A model generated the notes under the pieces. The model was not told the DNA's origin. It worked only from the letters and a program-made list of their open reading frames with translations, and did not search any database. From positions 1,280,001-1,344,000 of the forward strand of contig BK006938.2 of NCBI GenBank assembly GCA_000146045.2: a DNA stretch of 64,000 nucleotides. Reading direction: 5' to 3'. Origin of the DNA: TPA_inf: Saccharomyces (lineage: Eukaryota). This document shows, piece by piece, positions 29,201 to 39,386 of this stretch; position 1 is the first letter of the stretch; the number at the start of each line of letters is the position of its first letter. Made by a program: the position numbers and the translations under genes.

Positions 29201-31675
29201 AAGAATACTGAGACCAGTGGCAGATCCACAGTTGTTTCGAATTTCCTATACACATCTTCCGCGGCGAAACCAGACAATGAAAAGTTTTCCGCTACTCCTA
29301 CAGAGATAACTACAATTTCAAGTAGCTCGCACGCATATTCTTTATCTATTCCAAGTTCTCATAATTCTGTGACTGGACTATCACATAACTTTGTCGATTC
29401 GTCAAAAAGTGCAACCTCATTTGGCTACTCATCCTCATCAATATCTTCAATAAAACTTTCAAAAGAAACAATACCTGCAAGTAAATCTGTTTCAAACACA
29501 CAAGAAAGAATCACAAGCTTTACATCAACATTACGAGCAAATAGTCAGTCTGAAAAATCCGAAGGGAGGAATTCTGTAGGTTCTTTACAAAGTTCACATA
29601 TTTCATCTAACCCATCGCTCTCCACAAATACAAAGGTTGATTCGAAAAGTTTATCCAGGAAAGTATCGAAAACCATGGGCGAAAATGGCGAGGAAACCGG
29701 CTTAACCACAACAAAGACGCAATACAAAAGTTCTTCTGAAACCAGTGGGTCATATTCTCGGTCTTTTACAAAAATCTCAATTGGACCTGCTACGACTGCA
29801 GTTCAAACTCAGGCAAGCACTAATTCAGTATTCACAGCCCCTGCCTTGTCTACCTATCCTACTACTCCGTACCCCTCTCCAAATAGTTACGCATGGTTAC
29901 CTACCGCTATTATAGTGGAATCATCCGAAACGGGCCCCACTACCGCATCATTCAATCCGTCAATCACTGGTTCACTTCCCAATGCAATTGAACCGGCCGT
30001 CGCTGTATCGGAACCCATTAACCACACTTTAATTACCATCGGATTCACGGCCGCTTTGAATTATGTATTTTTGGTTCAAAATCCATTATCTTCGGCTCAA
30101 ATCTTCAACTTTTTACCTCTCGTTTTGAAGTATCCCTTTTCAAACACCTCATCAGAACTGGACAATAGTATTGGGGAATTATCCACTTTTATTCTTTCAT
30201 ACCGGTCTGGGAGCAGCACAACTACCCTTTCCCCAAAATCCATATCATCATTATCAGTTGTCAAGAAAAAAAAAAACCAGCAGAAAAAAAATGCCACGAA
30301 GTCAACCGAGGACTTACATCCTCCACAAGTCGACACATCCTCAATAGCGGTGAAAAAGATTGTTCCCATGGTAGACTCTTCTAAGGCATACATTGTATCA
30401 GTTGCAGAGGTATATTTTCCAACAGAAGCCGTAACATATCTTCAGCAATTAATCCTTGATGAAAATTCGACTCTTTATAGCAATCCTCAAACCCCACTGC
30501 GAAGTTTAGCTGGTCTAATAGATAGTGGGATCCCATTAGGGGGATTGACGTTATATGGCTCTGGAGATGGTGGTTATGTCCCTAGTTTAACCTCATCAAG
30601 CGTCTTGGATTCTTCAAAAGGAAATTCCCAAAACATAGATGGAACTTACAAGTATGGAGCTTTGGATGACTTTATCAATTCATTCACAGATTCTGCATCT
30701 GCAGGAAAGTATGCTGTAAAAATAATCATCTTTTTGATTGTTTTAACTATTGGCGTACTCTTGTGGTTATTCGTTGCATTTTTTGCTTTCCGTCATAGAA
30801 ATATATTATTGAAAAGACACCCAAGGAACTGCATAGGGAAAAGCCTCAATAATGAGAGGGAACTTGAAAGTACCGAGCTTTCCCGCTCTTCTTCTGGAAA
30901 CCAAGTTTATAATGAAAAGCCGCCAGAATCTGAAAATGAAAGTGTTTACTCTGCGGTAGATGATCATTATATTGTGACTGGCGAAAACACAGTCTATAAT
31001 ACTATTCACAGATTACATTATACCATTAATGATGACGGTGATCTATTGTACAGGGACGCAATCCCCCTCGATTTTGATCAAACCAATGGGGATGATGGTT
31101 CGGGAATAGACAGTATAGTAAGAGACTGCGTGTATGACAAAAACCAAGATGCTACGGAAGCCTTCTTGAATGATGAGGAGTCCATATCAGGCATTCTAGA
31201 TGTTGATGAAAATGGTGATATTCGATTATACGACAGTTATTCTGACAATGAAGAGTCAAACAGTTTTCACTTGCCAGACGAAGTTATTGAAAACTATAAC
31301 AAGAACCATTTGTGCGAAACTAAACTTCATGGACTAGGCACTGAATCATGTACTACAGATGATCCCGATACTGGAAATCAAATTACGAATGAGTTTTCTA
31401 CAGGGAGTCAGACATGTTTGCCAAGTACCGCTTATACCACACCCCTTCATACAAATTCGATTAAACTTCACACATTACGCTACACAGAATCTTCACTACC
31501 AAAGCCAAATCAGACTCTTTTCTCTAATCTTGAAGATTTAGAAATAGAGGATATTGACGACAATGGTAGTGTTTCAGATGTACATATCGAGGAGCTGGAT
31601 GCTTTAGACGAAGAACTTTATAAGAGAATGTCGAAAGTTATAAAACAACAGAACCATCAAACGACAAAAATATAG
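26267..31675 (+). CDS. HKR1: mucin-like type I plasma-membrane osmosensor (1802 aa) with Ser/Thr-rich tandem-repeat ectodomain, single TM and cytoplasmic tail
   Basis: The track start at 26198 is a TTG. The ATG at 26267 gives MVSLKIKKILLLVSLLNAIEA, a signal peptide. A very long S/T-rich region contains a 14-aa tandem array, and a TM segment KIIIFLIVLTIGVLLWLFVAFFAF lies near nt 30720. Confidence 0.9.
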   Translation: MVSLKIKKILLLVSLLNAIEAYSNDTIYSTSYNNGIESTPSYSTSAISSTGSSNKENAITSSSETTTMAGQYGESGSTTIMDEQETGTSSQYISVTTTTQTSDTMSSVKKSTEIATPSSSIVPTPLQSYSDESQISQTLSHNPKSVAESDSDTTSSESSSSVIISTSDSSAVPREISPIITTDSQISKEEGTLAQTSSISETTRIAQMVTRVSQISSITAASTIDGFSSESTQTDFSNTVSFENSVEEEYAMSKSQLSESYSSSSTVYSGGESTADKTSSSPITSFSSSYSQTTSTETSESSRVAVGVSRPSSITQTTSIDSFSMSEVELSTYYDLSAGNYPDQELIVDRPATSSTAETSSEASQGVSRESNTFAVSSISTTNFIVSSASDTVVSTSSTNTVPYSSVHSTFVHATSSSTYISSSLYSSPSLSASVSSHFGVAPFPSAYISFSSVPVAVSSTYTSSPSASVVVPSAYASSPSVPVAVSSTYTSSPSAPAAISSTYTSSPSAPVAVSSTYTSSPSAPAAISSTYTSSPSAPVAVSSTYTSSPSAPAAISSTYTSSPSAPVAVSSTYTSSPSAPVAISSTYTSSPSVPVAVSSTYTSSPSAPAAISSTYTSSPSAPVAVSSTYTSSPSAPAAISSTYTSSPSVPVAVSSTYTSSPSAPAAISSTYTSSPSVPVAVSSTYTSSPSAPAAISSTYTSSPSAPVAVSSTYTSSPSAPAAISSTYTSSPSAPVAVSSTYTSSPSAPAAISSTYTSSPSAPVAVSSTYTSSPSALVVLSSTSTSSPYDIVYSPSTFAAISSGYTPSPSASVAMSSTSSSSPYDIVYSLSSSASRSSIATYEFSPSPSTSLPTSSTYTYFSSAYAFEFSSERYSTTSTIAPTQIHSTLSRITDFLLQTSMAIQSIVSQQISTSSTLNDEIHSSALSVFNPSASNLVETSLIISSTQASITSPKNSAKISSLQSQLSSSTKNPYDTANKNTETSGRSTVVSNFLYTSSAAKPDNEKFSATPTEITTISSSSHAYSLSIPSSHNSVTGLSHNFVDSSKSATSFGYSSSSISSIKLSKETIPASKSVSNTQERITSFTSTLRANSQSEKSEGRNSVGSLQSSHISSNPSLSTNTKVDSKSLSRKVSKTMGENGEETGLTTTKTQYKSSSETSGSYSRSFTKISIGPATTAVQTQASTNSVFTAPALSTYPTTPYPSPNSYAWLPTAIIVESSETGPTTASFNPSITGSLPNAIEPAVAVSEPINHTLITIGFTAALNYVFLVQNPLSSAQIFNFLPLVLKYPFSNTSSELDNSIGELSTFILSYRSGSSTTTLSPKSISSLSVVKKKKNQQKKNATKSTEDLHPPQVDTSSIAVKKIVPMVDSSKAYIVSVAEVYFPTEAVTYLQQLILDENSTLYSNPQTPLRSLAGLIDSGIPLGGLTLYGSGDGGYVPSLTSSSVLDSSKGNSQNIDGTYKYGALDDFINSFTDSASAGKYAVKIIIFLIVLTIGVLLWLFVAFFAFRHRNILLKRHPRNCIGKSLNNERELESTELSRSSSGNQVYNEKPPESENESVYSAVDDHYIVTGENTVYNTIHRLHYTINDDGDLLYRDAIPLDFDQTNGDDGSGIDSIVRDCVYDKNQDATEAFLNDEESISGILDVDENGDIRLYDSYSDNEESNSFHLPDEVIENYNKNHLCETKLHGLGTESCTTDDPDTGNQITNEFSTGSQTCLPSTAYTTPLHTNSIKLHTLRYTESSLPKPNQTLFSNLEDLEIEDIDDNGSVSDVHIEELDALDEELYKRMSKVIKQQNHQTTKI
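27621..28590 (+). repeat. coding minisatellite of about 22 tandem copies of a 42-bp (14-codon) unit, organised as an alternating 84-bp A/B super-repeat
   Basis: Unit A is tcttcaccatcggcacctgttgcagtatcctcgacgtacacg (SPSAPVAVSSTYTS). Unit B is tcttcaccatcagcacctgctgcaatatcctcaacgtacacg (SPSAPAAISSTYTS). Both are near-identical at the DNA level. The array is stop-free in all frames, which explains the artefactual ORFs 27423..28610(-), 27691..28620(-) and 27693..28907(+). Confidence 0.95.
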
Positions 31676-32039
31676 CGAAAAATGATTATTGACTGTGCAA
31701 TAAACGCTGCTGGAAGGGGCGCTTGCAACAAAAGATGATCACAAAAATTGATACCCATTAATACACATAGGCTCACGCCATTACTATTATTATATATATC
31801 ATCAAGTATTGCATTTGTAATTTTATGAGTCCTTCTTAGTAATACATGAAGGCTTTTTTTTAATATTTTCGGAATCAACGAGAGTACACTATTCTATCCG
31901 ATGATAACCGAGATAAATGAAGATAGTAACTAACCAATGAAAAAAGAGCGAGAATAAATTAAAGCAATAATATCAAGTTAGTCGTGGGAATATATGATCC
32001 ACGCATAATAAGGTTACATTAAGCACTGCTTTATCCTCT

Positions 32040-34892
32040 ATGTCTGCTAAGAAAAGGCCTTCGGGAAACGCAGCATTTGAACTTCCAAAACGGAGAAGAA
32101 CCTACCAAGCTTGCATCAGCTGCAGATCAAGGAAGGTGAAATGTGATCTTGGTCCGGTTGATAACCCACACGACCCACCGTGTGCACGTTGCAAAAGGGA
32201 GCTAAAAAAATGTATTTTTAGCTCTAATAAGGGAACTTCGAACGACTTGCCTCCTAATTCGATTAATGCAATAAGTCTGCCATCTCTAGGTAAGAGTAAG
32301 CAAGAGATACAAAATGACTCAACGAGCCCAATTTTATCGGATGTACCTTTGTCAAGAAAAGGGATTAGCAGTGAAAAATCATTTAAATCAGAAGGGATGA
32401 AGTGGAAGCTTGAACTTTCCTCCATGCAGAACGCCCTAGAGTTTCTGGCCCAAGCTGCTGGAACTGTAGCAAAAGAAGGCGCAAAAGAAATCATAAAAGA
32501 GAAGTCCACAACACCGAAACCACTGAAAAGTTCTTTGGATGCGACAAATAAATCTGCTACGGACGAGGGGTTGAAACGACTTTCAAAAAGTGACAGTACT
32601 AACACACTTTACGAAAATACAGCAGATATGCTTAACCACACGCTGAATACGAATAGGAAAACATCACAATTAATGGAAGAAATCGGGAAAGTGAGACCTC
32701 CACCTACCCGGAAAATTGACGACTTCGATTACATCGGTCCAGATAGCTTGCTTACTAAAGAGGAGGCGATTGAACTCATAGAGGCATTTTTTCTCACGAT
32801 GCACCCATTCTTTCCCAATATCCCACTTCAATTGCATGATCCGAAAGAATTAGCAGAATATCCAATTTTGTTTTGTGCAATTTTGACTGTTTCTGCTCGC
32901 TATCATCCTTTCGATACTTTAGGATTAGACAATGGAGAAGATGGGATGAGACACATTGAAGTTCACGATAAATTATGGGTGTATTGCCAGAAGCTTATAT
33001 CTCAAACAATTTGGGCAGAGGCTAGTACTAGGTCAATTGGCACCGTGCTTGCTTTCATAATTTTCACGGAATGGAACCCAAGGAGTATCCACTATAAATG
33101 GTCTGACTATGCAAATGATCCTGAGTTAAATAATGTCAACGCTAGAGGAAGTAAGAATATTAGTACGAGGAAGGACGAAGAAGGATTGACCGGTGTCGGC
33201 GCAATCCGTAGAAGCGACCGAATGTCATGGATGCTGACAGGGTCTGCAGTAAGGCTGGCGCAAGATATGGGATTCATTGAAAACAGCTCAAAAGTATTCA
33301 TTGTCACTCATATATCTGAGACTACCAGTGCTATGAATATGAATCAAAGATCCTTATTAGCAGAATCATTCAGCGTTTTAAACTTGAATTTAGGAAAAAT
33401 TGAAAACGATGGAAATGAAAGCAATGAGGATTACCTTGGGAATGAAAAATTTTATCTGAATGAGATTTTGCCTGATGAAGAAAGTAAACTAAGGTGGAAG
33501 AGAGTTTTTGAAAACTCAGAAAATGACCACGACAACGAGAAAAATTTTTTGACTGATTGGGAGAGGGAGTTTTTAAACGATGAGTATGTTCTATATTATT
33601 CTAATAAAAAAGATGATACTAATCTAGCACAGAATCACATACCACCATTTCCACTAAGATTCTCATTCGCCCAAAGAGCAAAAATAGAGATCATTCGAAT
33701 CCTATCCATAGCATATGAGACGATTTACTGTGAGAAGAATAAGAGGAAATTGGCAACGACAGATCAGAGACACAACCTCTCTGTCCTAAGTGTTTTTTCT
33801 CCCTTGATAGAGGGCTGGCTCAGTAACTACAGAGAGCTTCTTGTACCCCTTTCTGATGTCCCTTTCTCACTAGCAGATAGGAAGAACAAAAAACAAATAT
33901 TTGATAACATCGATAGAATAAATGGTGAAAGTATTATCACAGATTTCAATTATTGTCAACTTTATATCTTTTCCCTCGCACTGCAAGTGGATGGGAAAAC
34001 AAGCAGATTGAATATGAATGAAATTGTGACAAGCGCGAGGTATGTGGAATTAGCATACAGATCTGCAAAAGAAATATTGAGTTCTGCAAAGCGAGTTTCA
34101 AGGCAAGGAATGCTAAAATACATGCCCGTAAGATGGGTAATACGAATAATTAGATCCATTGCGTTCATAGTAAAATGCTACCTAACACTTACTGGTAGTG
34201 AACTGGCAACAAATCCAGATGCCAGAAACATTTTAAAATTAAGTGCAATATCGGTTGACGAAACATTCGATATCATCCGTGACACTGCGGTTACTTTGAA
34301 AGAAGCTACACCAGATGAATTACATCTATGTCAAAGATACGCAGCCATATTAATGTACTTATGTACAGAGATGAAACTTCGAAAAAAATCTTACTTAGAA
34401 CGACCACCCTTATTAAGAGATGGCACCACTCCTCTAGAGAGCAATCGCGAATCCTCACTGGAGGGACAAGACTTAACTAAGAAGCCAATATTCTCTAAAC
34501 GTATTGGATATAATAAAACCGAGACTACTTTTGAACCCTCGGAAAGGCCTTTGACGGAGGAAATTAATAGCAATTCTCAGAATTCAAATGATACATCTTC
34601 TAAAGGTATCGTTGATCCTTTTGTTGAACAAAACAACGATATCACAACAGCGTTACTGAACAATGAACTCTTCCAAGGTCCATCTCTATCTGACGAGGTT
34701 ACAGATTGGTTCGGTGCTAGTGAAGATATCGGGCTTGAATTTGTAGAACCATGGACAGAACTTATTGAGCAACGATATATGCAATGTGGAGATGGTGATA
34801 ATAATAATTTCGAAAATTTATACAACTTGTTCGTGAATAGTAATAACATCAATAATGATATTAATAACTCAAGGCCAATAACGCGTAAATAA
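32040..34892 (+). CDS. ARO80: Zn(II)2Cys6 binuclear-cluster transcription activator of aromatic amino-acid catabolism (950 aa)
   Basis: An N-terminal Zn2Cys6 domain is present: [35 protein letters not shown] fungal-specific transcription-factor middle domain follows. Size and position match ARO80. Confidence 0.88.
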
Positions 34893-35325
34893 GTAGATAT
34901 CAAAGAATTACGTCATCAACCAAGACAACCGCACTATTCGTAAAAATGATTTTAAATACAAAGACAGAATAACAGGGGAAGATGGAGGTATATAATAATG
35001 CGAATGCTTCATAATACTATGACTGGTTTTCCATTGGGCATATGAGATGATTTTACGGCTCAATCACTACTTATATATGATTTCTATAACAAAGCAGGCC
35101 ATTACACATTAGGAACGGCTATCTATTACATAAGAATATGCAGCAAATTCGTTGGATATGTTAAAGTATATTCCACGCATGCTGAGAAGTGGATTGCCAG
35201 AAACGTGACGTGAAATACCTACTAGAACAAAAAAAAAAGGAATGCAAACGTTCTAGGAGCCATAGGAATCAAAAAGAAAAAAATTGAATTAATAGAGTTC
35301 GTGAGAATCATTGCGAATTGAGATT

Positions 35326-37773
35326 CTAATTACTGATCTGAGACTTTTGTGTTTTATAATAACAAGGTGCATAAACTACTTGAGTGATAAATTTCCCCTC
35401 ATATCTAGTAGTGCAAGCTACGCTGATTATTTCATCTCTAATACTGCTTGTCAGTAAATGGTTCAAATTCACGTGGGGTATAATATGATTTATCGCACCT
35501 TCATCCCTCTCATGTGATTCTGAATTCTGATTGCTTTGGTTTAGTATTCTGTTCAGATAGGATGAATTCAGGTATATGGGCAAGTCAGGAACTGGGTATC
35601 TACTTAGAAAAACCGCCTCTGCTGTTTCTGCATCAATATTACCGCCTTGCTGTAAAGTAGCAAATAAATCATCTTGATTACAGTCAACAACTCTATGTGT
35701 AAAGCTGGGAGGTTCTTGGGGATGCACGTCATCAGAATCTCCTTTTACAGAAATCGTAGAGCCGTCACCTATATTAAATAAATTTGGTATTTCGTTCGAA
35801 TACACCAACCTCTCAGGCTTGACCTCGGCCATCAAATCCAAACTGCTAGCCTTCAGACGTACAAATGAGTCACGCATATTTATTGAACTGGACCTACTTA
35901 AGCCTCTATAATCTGAAAACGGTGTACTTGGCCTTTCAACACCCTTAGCAGAATAGTAGGAAGATTTTCGAGAGGAAGAAGGAAATCTTTTAAGTTCCGG
36001 TCTCTTGGGCAATTCTTCATCCAGTGTTGGCTCTACTTGCGAGTCGATGTCTGCTTCGTTTCTAAATGGCTCGATCGTATGATAACCGGGCAATACTTCA
36101 AACCAGTTGACAAAATTGCCTTCTGAATCCGTAGCTGTAGGAAGAAAATTTGAGTGAGTCAATATACCATTGATGGAGAATTGCAGTCTATAAATTCCTG
36201 CAGGCAAAAAAAGATCTGGAACAAACCATTCCTTATGCACATCATCATAAACCATGCGGATCCTAGGATTTAACTGTTTTTCTGAGTCTAAACTTGCATT
36301 CTCATCCAAGGTAAGCTCTCTTTGCTCTTTAAGAGCAGAAGCAATATCCGTGCTTACTATAAAGACTTCCGTGGTTGCAGCCACGGTACCATCGTCTTTC
36401 CATTTTAGAACAACTAAAGTATTTTCGGTGGAGTTTGTTGATGATATTGAAGACATACTCGACATGGAATTAGAGTGATGCGATATTTCTCTATGCTGCG
36501 GTGCAGAGTATTGACTTTCATTGTCGTTAATAATTGGATGTAGTGGATGCAAAGGCTGCAAATTCAAACCGTTTGTTAAGATACTCTTTCTTGATTGTAA
36601 AGAATGCAAAGAAGCAAATGAGGATCTTCTCGAATTTGAAACCGACCTTATTTTTTTATTCTGGGCTTTCTTTGTCTTATTATGGTGCTTATTTAAATCT
36701 CTTTCCATCAAGGTCTTATCACCGTACAGTTTCATCATCATTTTTGCAGTAGCAGATATAGGTGCGGTAAAATCGTCGTTGGAGCCTCCCGCGTTTCCCT
36801 TGTTACGGGTGTTATTTTCAATATTTCCATTGTTATTAGCGTGGCTTATCCTTTCTGCAGTATACATTGAATTAGAGGAATTCACCCTTGAAAGACGTTG
36901 CATATCCTTTTTTAAAGCATTTTGTAAAAGAGACTGGTTCAAAACCATATCTTCACTTTGAAGTACGCCTGCTTCTGCATCTACACTATCACTGTTTCCC
37001 TCTTTATCCATTTGAGAGTTCTCAGAAAATGTTTCGTCGTTATTGAGATATTGATATTGGTATGCATGGATAGATGGTTTCTTTGAATAGGGTTGTCTTA
37101 CAGGAATATCAATGGAATCCGTCTTGGTCAAGGCGGGAAGTGATGCTGAATGCACCGATGAAGACCTCGTTGGAGAAGGGGAAGCAGTAGCTGAACTTTC
37201 TAAAAGATTTTTTTTCAAAGCTATGATGCTTGAGCGATGCCTTTCATGGTGTGGTTTGTCGTTTCTTTCATTTTCTGTTGTTTCGTCAACCATGGTGTAA
37301 TTCAAAGTAGACAGATCATCCAGATCACTTTTAGTTCGTTTGACAGTGGCCATTGATGGACCTGGGCTCAAAAACGACGGAGATTTCACCTGCTCTTCGG
37401 GTGCACCCACATCGTGATCATCACTTAAAGTCAAATTGGCCAACGTAGTGTCATTTACGTCTGCGGCAGAGGACAAAGAATAATCCTTTTTGAATAGATG
37501 GGACGGGCCCTTATCGATAGTAGTATCACTGCTCATGCGCCCATCACAATCTGTCGATGGATCGTGAGATGCAAGTAATTGCATTCTAGGGGGAATGGCA
37601 CCATTATGTTCGCTAGTATGACTGGCGCGTCTCTTATGAGTACTCTTCCTATTGTTAAACAGTTGAGAGGTTATGCTTCCCTGACGATCTTTATTGAATG
37701 CATCATGAAAATGATGTCCATGCTCCTTTTTGGTTGAATGCGATGGATCCTGAGTAGAAGGACTGTTTCCCAT
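35326..37773 (-). CDS. SIP1: Snf1 kinase beta subunit with N-myristoylation motif, glycogen-binding and ASC domains (815 aa from the MGNSPS start)
   Basis: The ATG at 37771-37773 gives MGNSPSTQDPSHSTKKEHGHHF, an MGxxxS myristoylation consensus. The C-terminal KIS/ASC region resembles Gal83 and Sip2. A second, genuine in-frame ATG lies 144 nt upstream at 37915-37917 (see findings). Confidence 0.85.
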   Translation of the reverse strand: MGNSPSTQDPSHSTKKEHGHHFHDAFNKDRQGSITSQLFNNRKSTHKRRASHTSEHNGAIPPRMQLLASHDPSTDCDGRMSSDTTIDKGPSHLFKKDYSLSSAADVNDTTLANLTLSDDHDVGAPEEQVKSPSFLSPGPSMATVKRTKSDLDDLSTLNYTMVDETTENERNDKPHHERHRSSIIALKKNLLESSATASPSPTRSSSVHSASLPALTKTDSIDIPVRQPYSKKPSIHAYQYQYLNNDETFSENSQMDKEGNSDSVDAEAGVLQSEDMVLNQSLLQNALKKDMQRLSRVNSSNSMYTAERISHANNNGNIENNTRNKGNAGGSNDDFTAPISATAKMMMKLYGDKTLMERDLNKHHNKTKKAQNKKIRSVSNSRRSSFASLHSLQSRKSILTNGLNLQPLHPLHPIINDNESQYSAPQHREISHHSNSMSSMSSISSTNSTENTLVVLKWKDDGTVAATTEVFIVSTDIASALKEQRELTLDENASLDSEKQLNPRIRMVYDDVHKEWFVPDLFLPAGIYRLQFSINGILTHSNFLPTATDSEGNFVNWFEVLPGYHTIEPFRNEADIDSQVEPTLDEELPKRPELKRFPSSSRKSSYYSAKGVERPSTPFSDYRGLSRSSSINMRDSFVRLKASSLDLMAEVKPERLVYSNEIPNLFNIGDGSTISVKGDSDDVHPQEPPSFTHRVVDCNQDDLFATLQQGGNIDAETAEAVFLSRYPVPDLPIYLNSSYLNRILNQSNQNSESHERDEGAINHIIPHVNLNHLLTSSIRDEIISVACTTRYEGKFITQVVYAPCYYKTQKSQISN

Positions 37774-38045
37774 GGCGGCTGCAACAACTATATAATATGA
37801 CAGTTCAACTTTCCAAGATGTCAGTCCACACGCAAAAAAAGAAGTGCAAATGAAAGAAACACTAGGTAAGACACCTTGTTTATGTAGGTATCCACTTGTA
37901 TCGGATATATCTACCATTGTTAATTGTCAATAGTATTCCATCAGAGACAATGGTAAAAAGACAAAAAAGGTATAATCATCGTACAAAGCGATCAATATTA
38001 CATGCTCTCATCCAACATTATGTATACTCAAGATATGTTTATATG

Positions 38046-39275
38046 CTACAGGAGCTGTCTAACCAGAGCACTCTGTAAGTCGCGAGCTTTGACTACTATT
38101 TTGCAGTCATCTGTACATTTTGCCTTGATTATTAATTCGCTGCATAAATCATCTATGTCCAACGATGAATATTTTGGTAGGGAGGAGATCTCTTCGAGAA
38201 TGTGGTAGCAAGACGCTTTTCCATTCGATATGGCGCTGCTAATGTGTTCAATTGCTTCAGATTGGGTTCGAATTGTTTTAGTATGAGAAGCAGCCACCGG
38301 AAGCACCGAAGCTAGAGATTTCTGATTCAACAGGTGGCTTGTTATTAAGTCGCATTTGATCTCCTTATTTGAACATGGTTTGGTCCCGATACACTTGCGG
38401 TTGCAAATATTATTACACTGGCTCCCTACAGCAAGGGGAAGCACGCTGGGGAATAAAGTATCATCTTCTGTCTCGTATGGAAGATACTTTTGGTCAATTT
38501 CACATTGACATGCTGACGTATCTATTTTTTCAGCGGTCAGGCGTTCAGAGTGCTGAGGAAAGTAGTTATGAATGTCGTAATCTAAAGCTTCTAGACCAGT
38601 CTGTCTATCATTGGAGACAAGATCGAGACTGAAATCTGGCATTTCACTACCATTAATACTTTCGTCACCGATGGTAACGGCACCTGTTCGATTTCCGGGG
38701 GGAGAATCCCACGAATTGGTTAAACTGGGAGCGTTCCATGAGCCTATGTTCCACATAACTTTCTCATTCTCTTGAGTGTGCGGCTGTACTTCTATACTTG
38801 TGTTCACAGTCATGTTTTCATCTGAATTAGGCGATGGCAATTCCTTTGCAGCCTTGCTAACTGCTGTACTTGTTCCTTTTTCGTTTTCCCTTTTCTGTTG
38901 TTCTTGCAGATCATCGAGGAAGGCTAATATTCTTTCATCATCAGAATTCTTAGCTCTATATTTTGTAATTTCCGACAGTAAACTTTTTAAAGAACATAGT
39001 AAAAAGTCCGTGGTAGTCTTATTCTGCGCATCTTTCTGTTCTAGTAACTCTACCCTCTCTTGCAAACTCTTCATTTTGGCTTCTTTCCTATCTCGGAACG
39101 CTCGTTGAGCTGCCCTATTCTGGGCAGTCCTCCTACTCTTAGCTTCAGAGTCAATCCTTTTTCTGCCTGGTCTGCCCACCTTCCTCTTAGGTGTTCCATC
39201 TTTATTTAGCAACATTTGCTTCTTCATGTCACCTGCTAAATATATTTGCTGACCTTTCCGAAGGATATTGCCCAT
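38046..39275 (-). CDS. CAD1: AP-1-like bZIP transcription factor (409 aa) with C-terminal Cys-rich domain
   Basis: The ORF starts MGNILRKGQQ. The bZIP basic region is SRRTAQNRAAQRAFRDRKEAKMKSLQERVELLEQ, and a Yap-type C-terminal Cys-rich domain follows (CSEL...KAKCTDDCKIV). This is YAP2. Confidence 0.9.
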   Translation of the reverse strand: MGNILRKGQQIYLAGDMKKQMLLNKDGTPKRKVGRPGRKRIDSEAKSRRTAQNRAAQRAFRDRKEAKMKSLQERVELLEQKDAQNKTTTDFLLCSLKSLLSEITKYRAKNSDDERILAFLDDLQEQQKRENEKGTSTAVSKAAKELPSPNSDENMTVNTSIEVQPHTQENEKVMWNIGSWNAPSLTNSWDSPPGNRTGAVTIGDESINGSEMPDFSLDLVSNDRQTGLEALDYDIHNYFPQHSERLTAEKIDTSACQCEIDQKYLPYETEDDTLFPSVLPLAVGSQCNNICNRKCIGTKPCSNKEIKCDLITSHLLNQKSLASVLPVAASHTKTIRTQSEAIEHISSAISNGKASCYHILEEISSLPKYSSLDIDDLCSELIIKAKCTDDCKIVVKARDLQSALVRQLL

Positions 39276-39297
39276 TTATCTTAACTGGTCGTTCCAT
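39229..39297 (-). promoter_or_regulatory. CAD1/YAP2 leader uORF2 (23 codons, MERPVKINGQYPSERSANIFSR*), out of frame and overlapping the CAD1 start codon
   Basis: The minus strand reads ATGGAACGACCAGTTAAGATAAATGGGCAATATCC...AGGTGA. It starts 22 nt upstream of the CAD1 ATG and ends 47 nt inside the CAD1 ORF in the +1 frame. This matches the described inhibitory uORF2 of YAP2. Confidence 0.75.
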
Positions 39298-39313
39298 TGC
39301 TTATATGTCGTCC

Positions 39314-39331
39314 TTAAAAGTAACACCCCAT
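39314..39331 (-). promoter_or_regulatory. CAD1/YAP2 leader uORF1 (6 codons, MGCYF*)
   Basis: The minus strand reads ATGGGGTGTTACTTTTAA, which ends 39 nt upstream of the main ATG. It matches the described short uORF1 of the YAP2 leader. Confidence 0.75.
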
Positions 39332-39386
39332 TCGTATGAAAGTATAATAGTAATTGATTATCGATTAACTATTGAAGAAACACTAT

